Shown here: positions 32,738-42,554 of the stretch, one piece after another
Layout of the letters: each line of letters begins with the position of its first letter
Position numbering within the stretch: position 1 is the first letter of the stretch
Source: Hyaloraphidium curvatum SAG 235-1
Lineage: Eukaryota; Fungi; Monoblepharomycota
NCBI GenBank assembly: GCA_025558095.1
Contig: JAIVFI010000027.1
Location: 1-64,000 of the forward strand
Direction: 5' to 3'
Length of the DNA: 64,000 nucleotides
Notes under the pieces: model-generated
Told to the model about the DNA's origin: nothing
What the model saw: only the letters and a program-made list of their open reading frames with translations
Database searches by the model: none
Program-made: the position numbers and the translations under genes

Positions 32738-33187
32738 ATGGAAACCCCCGCCGCGCCTTGCCTCGCACCGCACCGCGCCCCCTCCCCGCGCGGGGACGCC
32801 ACCCCCGGCACCCCCTGCGCCCCTCCCCCCCCACCCCCCGACTCTAACCCACGCACCCTTCTCCTCCCCCTCCTCCTCCCCCTCCTCCTCCCTTACGGCT
32901 TCCCCCCCGAACTCGCGCTCTGCATCGCCGACCTCCTCCCCCCGTCGTTCTGCCCCGCGTGCGGCCTGCTCTCCCCCTGCCCCCCCACCAAATGCGTCTC
33001 GTGCCCCGCCCCCGTCGCTCCCTGCGCCGCCGTGGCGTGCGTCACCTGCGGCGAAGGGATGTGCGGGATGTGCGCGGGAGGCGCGGAGAGGTTCAGGTGG
33101 GGCGAGTGCGGGGGGTGCTTCGTGAGTGGGGCGATTGCGGGGAGGAAAGGGGGGTGGGGGGAGAAGAAGGTCGAGGCGGGGGCGTGA
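32738..33187 (+). CDS. Small 12-Cys zinc-finger-like protein Y3
   Basis: GFPPELALCIADLL and identical 12-Cys spacing. Confidence 0.8.
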   Translation: METPAAPCLAPHRAPSPRGDATPGTPCAPPPPPPDSNPRTLLLPLLLPLLLPYGFPPELALCIADLLPPSFCPACGLLSPCPPTKCVSCPAPVAPCAAVACVTCGEGMCGMCAGGAERFRWGECGGCFVSGAIAGRKGGWGEKKVEAGA

Positions 33188-33781
33188 GGAGCGGCGGAGA
33201 AGGGGTGGAAGAACGGCCCGGGGGCGTGTAGGGGACCACCCAGCAGGTGCACTCTTGGGCCGCGCGCTCCGACACGGACGTCTTCGGAACGCCGCATGGT
33301 GGCTCGCCGGACGCGCCATGTTCAGCAAGGGGAGATGCGAAGGGCGGGGCTCGCATCGGGATGGGACGGGCTGTCGGGCTCACGACGTAGCTGCACGGGG
33401 CGGACGGACGCCACATTGCGGGGTTCGACGAACCACTAGACGATCACTTATGTTCTTATCTGCGGGTCGCGGGCCTTCGCCTTGGCAACCTGGCCGCGCG
33501 CCAGTCCGCCTGTCACATGCCGTCCGGCCGACCCCGGAACTCCGCCCAATGCTCTGTCCAGCGCGTTCTGCCCGGCGCAGCACCGCTCCCCGTTCCCGTT
33601 GGCTTCGCCATCCCCCCTCCCAGGGGCCCCGTCATCCCCCAACCGGCGGCGCGGCGGCGCGTGCGCTATCTCAGTGTCGTCATCGGCCGGGCTGGTGCTT
33701 CCATTCGGATGTTCCGCAACGAATCCTGGTTGAACAGCACCTCGGCACATCGCGCCAGTTCCATCCTTCTCGGCTTTGCAC

Positions 33782-34222
33782 ATGGCCCTGCGCGCGGTCG
33801 TGGCAACGGACTCGTCCCCCGCTTCTGCGGACGGCCCCGGGTGCCCCGCGCAACGCTCCCCAGCCGCGAACCCCGCGCCGCCACACGGCCCTTTGGACAC
33901 CACTTCCCCCCAACATGCAACCCGAGCCCCCCCGCCGGAACCTCTGCTCCCGTCCCTCCTCGCTGCCCTCCTCCCTTACGGCCTCGCCCCCGGGGCAGAA
34001 CACCTCCTCCCTTCCTTCTGCCCCTCGTGCAACCTCGTCTCCCCATGCACCCCCGCGAACTGCGTCTCCTGCTCCTCGCCCGTCTCCTCGTGCGCCGCGA
34101 CGGGCTGCGCCGCGTGCGCGGGGGGGATGTGTCCCCGGTGCGCTGCGGTGGCGGGGAGCTCGACGCGGGGACACTGCGGGGGGTGCTTCGTGAGGGCGAC
34201 GATCGGGGCCAGATGGGGATGA
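33782..34222 (+). CDS. Small 12-Cys zinc-finger-like protein Y4 (ELALCI motif deleted)
   Basis: Identical 12-Cys spacing. GLAPGAEHLL replaces GLPPELALCIAEHL. Confidence 0.72.
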   Translation: MALRAVVATDSSPASADGPGCPAQRSPAANPAPPHGPLDTTSPQHATRAPPPEPLLPSLLAALLPYGLAPGAEHLLPSFCPSCNLVSPCTPANCVSCSSPVSSCAATGCAACAGGMCPRCAAVAGSSTRGHCGGCFVRATIGARWG

Positions 34223-34762
34223 TTAGGAGATCGTGGTAGGGTAGGGGGGCGTTCTTGGGCAGCGGGACGCGTGCCGGAGGCCCGGGTTTGGCGATCTTTC
34301 TCGCTCTGGGACGACTTTGAGGAGCTGGCCAGGGCCCCGGACAGAGTAGGCTCGGGAGTGGACGGTGGATCTGGTGCTGGACAGGATACGCCTGCTGCAC
34401 TACACATATGTATGTACTTGAATGCCGCGCAGACCGGATCCCGGATTGAATGCACGGTGCACGGAGGATGACGCAGCCTTTGGGGGGCTCTTTGATAGCC
34501 GAGTCGTCGCTGCAACCATCGACAGAGGATGCCACTGCGGCCAGATTTCAAGTCCGAGGGACCGATTTGAAGCGCGATTATTAGAATGATCGTCCACCTG
34601 GGGCCCATGTGCGCCCCGAAGTCCAAAGTGGACCCTGGCCCTTCCCGCAACTCCGGTCCACCACACCGCCCAAGGCCGCTCCTCGGCCCTCCTAGCCGCT
34701 CATTTTCCCTCCCAGGTTATTTTCCCCGCGTTTGCTGCCGTTCCTGGCCCCTCCCGCCCGCG

Positions 34763-35770
34763 ATGTCGGGCCCGCCGGACCCCGACGCGACGCTCCCCTC
34801 CCGGATCATCCTCGTGCGCCACGGCGAGTCGCAGGGCAACCGCGACTGGCGCGTGATGGCCACGGTCCCGGACCACCTCCTCGAGCTCACCGAGCGCGGC
34901 CGGCGCGACGCGTTCGAGGCCGGGAGGCGGCTGCGGGGTATGGTCGAGGACGGGGAGCGCGTGCGGTTCTACGTGAGCCCGTACGTGCGGACGCGGCAGA
35001 CGCTCGAGGAGATTCTGCGGAGCTTCGGGGGGACGCCGGAGCAGGCGACCGATGCGGGGGGGCAGGGGGAGGCGGTGGTCCCGGCGGCGACGGGTGGGGG
35101 TGTGGAGTGGGACGTGCGGGTGGAGCCGAGGCTGAGGGAGCAAGACTGGGGCAACTTCCAGAACTTTGCCGAGATGCAGAAAATTAAGGCCGAGAGGGTG
35201 GCGTACGGGCCTTTGTGGGTCGCCATCCCCGGCCTCCGCTACCCGCACGACGCGCTGATCCGCGGCTCCCTCCGGAACAGCTACTACCGCATACCACACG
35301 GCGAATCCGGCGCCGACGTCTACGACCGCGTCAGCATCTTCCTGGAATCCCTGTACCGCTCCCAGGCGCGCGCCTGGCCCCGCCACCCCACGACGCTCAT
35401 CATCGTAACCCACGGCCTGCTTGCGCGCCTTTTCTCGCTGCGGTTCATGCGGCTGGACGTGACCGAGTTCGACAACTGGCGCAATCTGAGGAACGGGGAG
35501 CACATCCTGATCGAGCGGTGCGCGGCGGGGGAGGGGATCAAGGGCGGCAACAAGATCTACCGGTTCGCGGTGCCGCCTCCCCCGCGGGACGACGTCAAGC
35601 TGGCGTCGGACGAAGCACGCAGGGAGGAGGCGAGGAAGTTGGGGGAGGCGAGGGAGGCGGCTGCGGAGGAAATGGCGCGCGAGGCGGCCGTCTGGGCGGC
35701 GGCGGCCGCGGCGGAGGGGGCAAACGTGCGGCTGCTTGCGGATTTGGGGTCGGACCCGGATGGGCCTTGA
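34763..35770 (+). CDS. Histidine phosphatase / PGM-like (DET1-like) paralogue, 1 intron
   Basis: IILVRHGESQGN and EPRLREQDWGNFQ. The 66-nt in-frame intron at 35215-35280 lies at the same codon position as in 3566-4713. Confidence 0.92.
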   Translation: MSGPPDPDATLPSRIILVRHGESQGNRDWRVMATVPDHLLELTERGRRDAFEAGRRLRGMVEDGERVRFYVSPYVRTRQTLEEILRSFGGTPEQATDAGGQGEAVVPAATGGGVEWDVRVEPRLREQDWGNFQNFAEMQKIKAERVAYGPLWVAIPGLRYPHDALIRGSLRNSYYRIPHGESGADVYDRVSIFLESLYRSQARAWPRHPTTLIIVTHGLLARLFSLRFMRLDVTEFDNWRNLRNGEHILIERCAAGEGIKGGNKIYRFAVPPPPRDDVKLASDEARREEARKLGEAREAAAEEMAREAAVWAAAAAAEGANVRLLADLGSDPDGP

Positions 35771-36211
35771 CTACCGCAGCGTGTGGTGACACTTCTCGGG
35801 TGGATCTGGTCCGTAGCGAGCCCGGTCTGCCAAGTAACAAGGCTCGCAGACCCGGAAAGCGAACCAAACCCTCGATCCACATCAGAATCAGCTCGCGCTC
35901 CGCAACCGGCGTCTTTTGGAAGTGGGAGACAGTCGAAGCAAAAGGGTGTACAAGAAGTCGTAAGCGGTGGCATCCGGAGAGTGAAGTCCTACCCACGCCG
36001 CCAACGGAGGACGGCGAGATGTGATGCCAAGCACACTGTCACACTTGGGCAAAGGCGGGAGCATGTCCGGCCTTCGGGCGGGGTCCAGTCTTCCCTCCGA
36101 AACCTGGCTGAAGCCGAAGCTTCCATCCTTCCTCCAACGTTCGTCACAACCTCGTGCCTTCAACTCCCTCCGCCGCGTCCGCCCGCGCAACTACACATTC
36201 CCGCCGCCGCC

Positions 36212-36874
36212 ATGGCCTCCATTGCAATGCTGATGAAGATCAACAGTGGGATTCGCGGCCGGCTCGCTCCCGAGATCGGCGCTCACGTTCGCCATCGCTC
36301 CGCATCCTCCCGCCTCGCACACCGCGGCACCGCGCCCCAACAGGCGTCTGTGGGTCCTCCTGCCTCCGATATCGCCTCTCCAGACCTCTAATCGCGGCCT
36401 CCCAGACTGCGCCACCCTCGCGGGTCTGGACATGTTCTCTCCGCAGTCGGCAACTGCTTTTTTCGCCCCGGTCGCGTCGGTGCTGAAGCTGGTGAGCCGC
36501 CCCGGACGCGGGCCGCACGGAACCCGCCTGACGTGGTTTGCAGGGCGACCCGGACAAGTCCGACGAGAAGACGGCGTACATGAGGGCCACCTGCCTCGCG
36601 GCTCTCATGGTTTACTGTAGGTCCAGGCGCTCCCGCCTCGCTCCCGCCCCTTCATTCCCTGTTCTTCCAAGTCTGGAAGGCCGCCCAAGACAACAACACC
36701 GACTTTGCCAAGTCCAGCGTGATCGCGCGCACCCTCGTCGCCGCCCTGGCGCTCGCCGGCGGCGCCGCCGGTAAGATCAGCTGGGGCACCGCGGTGCCGG
36801 TGGCCATCGTCGAGTCGAGCTTCGTGGCGATCACGTGCAAGGTCCTGGCGGACGCGGGGGTAAAGATCATCTGA
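36212..36874 (+). CDS. Small multi-pass membrane protein, multi-exon with probable 6-nt micro-exon
   Basis: Spliced product reads MASIAMLMKINSVYCATLAGLDMFSPQ...AYMRATCLAALMVYFWKAAQ...VAITCKVLADAGVKII*. Introns 36246-36343, 36350-36405, 36492-36543 and 36617-36671. Confidence 0.6.
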
Positions 36875-37252
36875 GCATCTATCGTCTTGTCGTGTACGAG
36901 GGGGAAGGAAGTTGGGTGGCACAATTCAAACGATTCGGTGCTCCTATTGCCTGCCCGCCTAGCGAAGCATCTCGATCCACGAAAGTCACATGATCCGCTC
37001 CGCGATCTCGGGCGGCAGCCCGCCCAAGGAAGCCCGCGCGATCCACCTCTTCCACCGCGCAACCTCGAGCACGTCCCCCGCGAGGCCCCTGTACCCCGTT
37101 CTGCCGAGCAGTCCCCGCAGCATCCCCGACGGCCTCCCGGCGCCGAAGTAAAGCAAGAGTAGGACGAAGCTCCTGCATCCGGCGATCGTGCCGGAGCGGT
37201 CCTGGATGGCGCAGATTGCGGCGGCGAGGTCGTTCGAGCCGGCGCCGGAGCC

Positions 37253-38309
37253 TCACGTTGCGGCGGCGAGGCGTTGGACGGCGATCCAAAGGCAGTTGAA
37301 GAGATCGCGGCGTCCAACGAAACCGGCCGAGGTAACGTATTCCGCGGACGGGCCGGCGGCGTCGAGCAGGGACGAGAGCAGCACAGGATCCGCGCCCACG
37401 AGCCCGGAGTCGAGGAGCATCCGTAGCAAGTCAGGGTTCCTCCAGTGCGCCACGGCGTGGTCCCGGACCCAGTGCAGGATCTCGCTGCGCGTCGGAGTGT
37501 CGTCGGGGAAGAAGTCGCCGAGCATGCGGAGGAACAGGAGGGAAGCTCGGCGGGTGTCCAGCAACCAGAGCAGAGTGTCAAAGTGGGGGCGCCACCAGTT
37601 CCTGGTCGGACCGTGGCCGAGTTCCTTGAGCGCCTCGTAAGTCGTCCAGCGGCCGCAGATCACCAACAAACTACAACCACGCGCGTCGAACTGTTCGCCA
37701 CGAGTGGGGTATCCTTCGAATCGCGAGTACACTCGCTCCTTCAGCGCGTCGTAGCACCGTCGCAGGGCTGCTTTGCTAGCCTGCAATTGGTCTGTTTCCG
37801 TAAGCACCCCAAAATCGGAAACTGCTCGTGGTGTCCCTTGTCCGCCAACGCTAGATGCAGGATAAAGTCGGCCGCCTTCCCTCTGTCGGCCAGCTTCGCA
37901 CGCAGGTCCTCCTCCTCGTCGTCGTCTTTCAGAGTCGCAAGATTATCGAGCATCCAGATAAGAGTCTCGTCCGCGAACCACCGCAGCGCTTTCGTGAAGG
38001 CCACTTCGAGGTCGAATGGCCCAACTAGCGCTGCCCAGGCTGCCAGAAACCCGGTGTGGTTGCCCGCGGCAGCAAGGTCCGTTGCGCATAGACATCCACA
38101 TTGTCTTCCGAGGCTGCGCGTGTCCCGGGCCCTCGGTCCTCAAGCTCGGCGTCAAGCAGCTCTTCAACGAGGGTGTCCCGGTCGGGCGCGTCGGGCGGCG
38201 GCGCCACCGCGCGCAGGAGCTCCACGCTGCCGACCGCCGCGGCCGCGATGACCGGCGGCACCGCGCGTGCGTGCACGACGCGGTGGAGGACGTGGTGCCG
38301 CGGGAACAT
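37253..38309 (-). pseudogene. Fragmented hypothetical protein (helical, possibly ankyrin-like)
   Basis: Three consecutive protein-like ORFs (38025-38309, 37741-38004, 37253-37807) are separated by stops or frame changes without clear introns. Confidence 0.35.
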
Positions 38310-38396
38310 GGTGGGAACGCGACGAGGCCGGGACTTTCGTCCCGTCTTCACTCGCGACGTTGACTACACACTAAGACTGGACGGTCTAGGACGGCG

Positions 38397-39659
38397 ATGG
38401 TCGTCCATTTATTCCTCCTCGCAATTTTCCTACTCGATTTTGCCGGCATTGCGTCCGCAGCCCGCCTCCTGGACCCGTCCCTGCCGTGGCACGCGTGCAA
38501 CCGCGAACGCGTCGACACGCTCCTCCTCGCCCTGGGCAACACCAGCGCGCGTTTCGACGCGTCTAGACATCCAATCGCAGTCTTGGACTGGGACAACACC
38601 GTCGTGCGGGGCGATGTCGCCGACGCGACGCTCTCGTACGCGCTGCGGAACGGGCTGCTCAGACCTCCTCCAAACGGCAACTGGAGCTCGGTCAGCCCGT
38701 ACCTGACGGACAAGGCGCTGTACACGCTCCGCGCCGCGTGCCCCACCTCCGGCGCGCTCTCCGGCTCCGCGTGCCACTCGGAGCTCTGGTTCGCGTACAA
38801 GCTGGGGCGGACTGCCGTCGGGCACCCGGCGTTCCACGGGTGGAACAGAAAGCAGTACAATCCCGCGTACGCGTTTGCGGCGCAGCTTCTTGTCGGCCTC
38901 ACCCCGGGGGAAGTTTTGGCGCTCGCGTCCGCCGCGCGGGAGGAGGCCCTTTCAGTGCCCTCGGGCTCCCAATCCTCCGTCGGCGGAGTCCTGGCGGACG
39001 CGGCGGTACGTTACCGCCCGCACATGGTCGACCTCGTCTCGGCCCTCCTCTCACACGGGTTCGACATCTGGATCGTCTCCGCGAGCCCACAGCGCGTCGT
39101 CGAGACCTGGGCCGCGCCGCTCGGCATTTCCCCCTCCCGCGTGGTCGGTATCCGCAACCTCCTCTCCCCCTCCGGCCGTTACACCGCCGATCTCGAGCTT
39201 TGCGGCCCCGAGCCTGGCGCAATTACCTACGCCGACGGCAAACCCTGCTGGATCCGCCAGCTCCTCGGCCCCGACGCGCGGCCGGCATTGGCGGCGGGCG
39301 ACTCGGCCGGCGACGCGGGGATGCTATTCATGGCGACCGACCTGCGGCTCGTGTTGGACAGGGGCGACCCGGAGGTGTCGTGCGCGGCGAGGCGCAACGC
39401 GGACGGGAGGTGGATCCTCGAACCCTCGGGCGACGCGCGGAAGTGGGGAACGATACCCTGCTCGACGACGGGGTGCGCGGATGCGGATGGGGGGAGGGTA
39501 CCGTGCCGGGACGAGGGAGGGGAGGTCATTACCGACCAGCGGGACGGGAGTGCGGAGCCGAGGGCCAGGGAGAGGCAGGGGATCGCGGCGTGGGCGTGGG
39601 CCGCGGCAGCGGGGCTGCTCGCGGCGTTTATCCTTTGCATCCGGGCCCCTTCTGGGTAG
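38397..39659 (+). CDS. Secreted/anchored HAD-superfamily hydrolase, bacterial type, intronless
   Basis: Signal peptide, motif I (LDWDNTV), motif II (IVSAS), GK, motif IV (AGDSAGD) and a C-terminal hydrophobic tail. Confidence 0.87.
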   Translation: MVVHLFLLAIFLLDFAGIASAARLLDPSLPWHACNRERVDTLLLALGNTSARFDASRHPIAVLDWDNTVVRGDVADATLSYALRNGLLRPPPNGNWSSVSPYLTDKALYTLRAACPTSGALSGSACHSELWFAYKLGRTAVGHPAFHGWNRKQYNPAYAFAAQLLVGLTPGEVLALASAAREEALSVPSGSQSSVGGVLADAAVRYRPHMVDLVSALLSHGFDIWIVSASPQRVVETWAAPLGISPSRVVGIRNLLSPSGRYTADLELCGPEPGAITYADGKPCWIRQLLGPDARPALAAGDSAGDAGMLFMATDLRLVLDRGDPEVSCAARRNADGRWILEPSGDARKWGTIPCSTTGCADADGGRVPCRDEGGEVITDQRDGSAEPRARERQGIAAWAWAAAAGLLAAFILCIRAPSG

Positions 39660-39747
39660 CGATCTGGATCCGATGTCTATCGTTGCATCTCCACCAGGTA
39701 CGAATCGCGAGACTAGATACTCTACGACTCCGAATCGAACACCCGTT

Positions 39748-42147
39748 TTACCAGCGGGCCATCTCCGCGGCCACCTCGACGAACGCCGGCCTGGTCGCCG
39801 CCTCCTGCGCCCACATTCGCTGCATCAGCGCCCAGATGGCGTCCGATGCCTCCTCCGGCCTTGTCGGCCGCTTCTGCTCGTCGCACACCTTGCGCATGAT
39901 CTAAGATCGGGACCAAAAAGGTCAATCTCGGTCCCGAGCGCCCCAGCACAGCACCGGGGACCTCACCGCCATCGCGTTCATCCCCTGGAACGGGTACATC
40001 CCCTCGCTCGTCACCTCGTAGCACACCATGGCGAACGCGTAAACGTCCGCGGGCGCCTTCAGCTTCTCGCCGTCCCAGATCTCGGGGGCCATGAAGGGCG
40101 GCGTGCCGGAGCCGCCGCCGGCGTTCATGCTGGAGGAGTTGGAGAGGTGCGTGCGGACGCGGGAGAGGCCAAAGTCGGCGATCTTGGGCACGTCGTGGTC
40201 TGCGGGCCGCCTGGTCAGCACGAAAGAGGCGCGCGGCGGCTCGGAACGACCCACCAATCATGATGTTGAGCGACTTGAGGTCCCCGTGCAGCACGCGGAA
40301 CGAGTGCAGGTACGCCATTCCCTCGGCCACACCCTTGAGGTACCGCAGCCCCATGGTTTGGTCCCAGTTCAGGTCCTCGAGGCGGTCACGCAGGTTGCCG
40401 TCCGTGCAGAACTCGGAGACCATCATCGGCGGGGTCTCGCAGAATGCCAGGAGAGGGAGGACTGCGAGGATAGGGCAATCAGTGCGCTTCCAATCGAGGC
40501 CGGTCGGAATTGCCCACCGTTGCGCTGGTTCAGCCCTTCCCAGACCGCGATCTCGTCGAGGAACATCTTGACTGTCCGGGGCCCCACGCTGCCCTTGATG
40601 GTCTTAACCGCCACAGCCGTGGCGCCGCGGAGCGAACCGCGGTAGACCTTGCCGAAGCCGCCCTCGCCGAGCACGTCCTTTTCGTCGTACTTGACGTCGT
40701 TGGCGTCGATCCGCAGCTTCGAGACGAACGACGAATCAGGGCCTGCGGTTTTGGCAGATCCACGGCTCGAGGATGATGAGCCGCCCGACATCTTAGGGAC
40801 CACGGTGATGTCCGTGTTGGGCGGTAACGGGTTCCCACCCAGGGCAGCCGGGGCCGCGGCACCGAACTTCTCCTTGAGCACCAGTTCCCTCTCCTTGAGC
40901 TCCAGCTCCTTCATCCGCAGGTCCAGCTCACGCTGCCGTGTCTGCTCCGCAATCGCGGCCCTGGCCTCAGCCTCCCGCCGCTCTCGCAGCCGGGCTTCCT
41001 CCGCCACAGCAGACCTGGCTTCCGCCTCGCGGCGCTCCCGCTCGAGCCGCTCCGCCTCAAGCTTCGCTTCCTGCTGCTTTTGTGCGGCCTCTGCCTCGTC
41101 AAGCCTCGTTTTCATAAGGCGCTTGGTGTCAGGGGTTCCCACATCCGCTGCTGAAAGACCGGCCTTGTTCTTGACGGTGACGTCCACCCGGCCAGCAGAC
41201 TGTCCCAGGAGAAGTCGTACCACGCGGTCGTGCTTTTGCTCACAGGCGTGGATCAGGGCCGTATTGCCGTCAGCATCGGCCAGGTTGGGATCAATCCTGG
41301 GATTCGCGAGAAGCAGGGAAACCATCTCATCCTTTCCCTTCCAGCATGAAATGACAAAAGCCGTCAGCCCAGAAAGCGAAGCTTCTGCCTTGCTGTCTGC
41401 GTTTGTGAGCTTGGTGATCTCTGTAGTCGCATTGAGGTCGACTTTAGGATCGCCCAGCAGGAGCCGAACAACTTCTGCCTTGGAATTCCAGCAAGCGACG
41501 ATAAAGCCGGTTCGGCCATCGACGTCCTTTGCATTGACATCCACCCTAGGATCGGCCAGCAGTAGCCGAACTAAGTCGGCGTTTCCTTCTCCGCAAGCTT
41601 TGATGAAGCCTGTCCAGCCGGACTTTTCCTTCGTGTTCACGTCTACTCTGGGGCTGTTCAATAGCACCCTGACAACGTCCGCTTTGCCTGCTGAGCAAGC
41701 AAAGTAAAGGCCGGTCCAGTTGTCTTGGTCCTTAGCGTTTACGTCGACCCTTTTGTCCGCCAACAGCAGCTGCACGACGTCGGCCTTGCCTTCATAGCAA
41801 GCACGTATGAAGCCCGTCTCGCCTCCTTCGTTCTTCGCATTAATGTCAAGCCTGGAGTCGGCCAGTAGCAGCCGGACAACGTCCACTCTCCCTTCCCTGC
41901 ACGCCTTCACAAATGCCGTCCACCCAGCGTCTTCTCTAGCGTTAACGTCCAGCCTGGGGTCTGCCAAGAGAAGTCGAACGACATCCGCTTTGCCTTCCCC
42001 GCAAGCGAAGTAAAGGCCCGTTCGACCGTATTCGTCCTTCGCGGTGATGACCGACCGGTCTGCAGCAAGGAGCTCCCGCGCTCTGGCGACGTTCCCGTCT
42101 TTGCACGCTTTCCGGAACTTCTCTGCCTTCGAGTCAAAAATGCCCAT
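39748..42147 (-). CDS. Ankyrin-repeat + coiled-coil + TKL protein kinase
   Basis: MGIFDS start, ~9 ankyrin repeats and an E/R-rich coiled coil, then GEGGFG, VAVK, HGDLKSLN, DFG, APE and DVYAF. Three introns in the kinase domain; TAA at 39748-39750. Confidence 0.92.
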
Positions 42148-42554
42148 CGCGTCGTCCTTCCCCTGCGGTGGCGTCGGACGGAGGGGAAGACGAGTGCCTG
42201 TGGCGCCTGAGGCTGGTGCGACTTGACTGACTGATTTCGTTTGACTGACTGACTTTCGAAACCCCGCGTGCCCTGAATGTGTGGACCGGAACTCCGGGTG
42301 CTTTTCTACTTGCATGGACCGGACCGCGATAGGCCTGATGGACTACGCTTTGTGTGTCGCGCTGCGGGATCTCTCTCCCGATGAAACTGGCGGGGGTTAA
42401 GTAAAGCTGGCCTGCTCACCCATCTGGCACTCTTCGATATGTTTCGACTCCCCTGAAAGCAGCTCCCATTTGGCAAGTCTGGTAAGTTTCGCGGGGTTGG
42501 GCATCGGCTCTTCCACTGCCGGCGGCCGAGTGGTCCCTTCTTTTTCTCCGGTCA

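Noticed and set aside
29725-32847. 1040-aa plus-strand ORF and similar very long ORFs (8915-11749, 29804-32341, 50711-52333)
   Set aside because: These are Arg/Gly/Pro-rich shadow frames of real genes in high-GC DNA and carry no motifs.
3566-35770. Two DET1-like phosphatases as part of the cassette system
   Set aside because: They are an ordinary older paralogue pair with a shared intron position and no link to the X/Y units beyond proximity.
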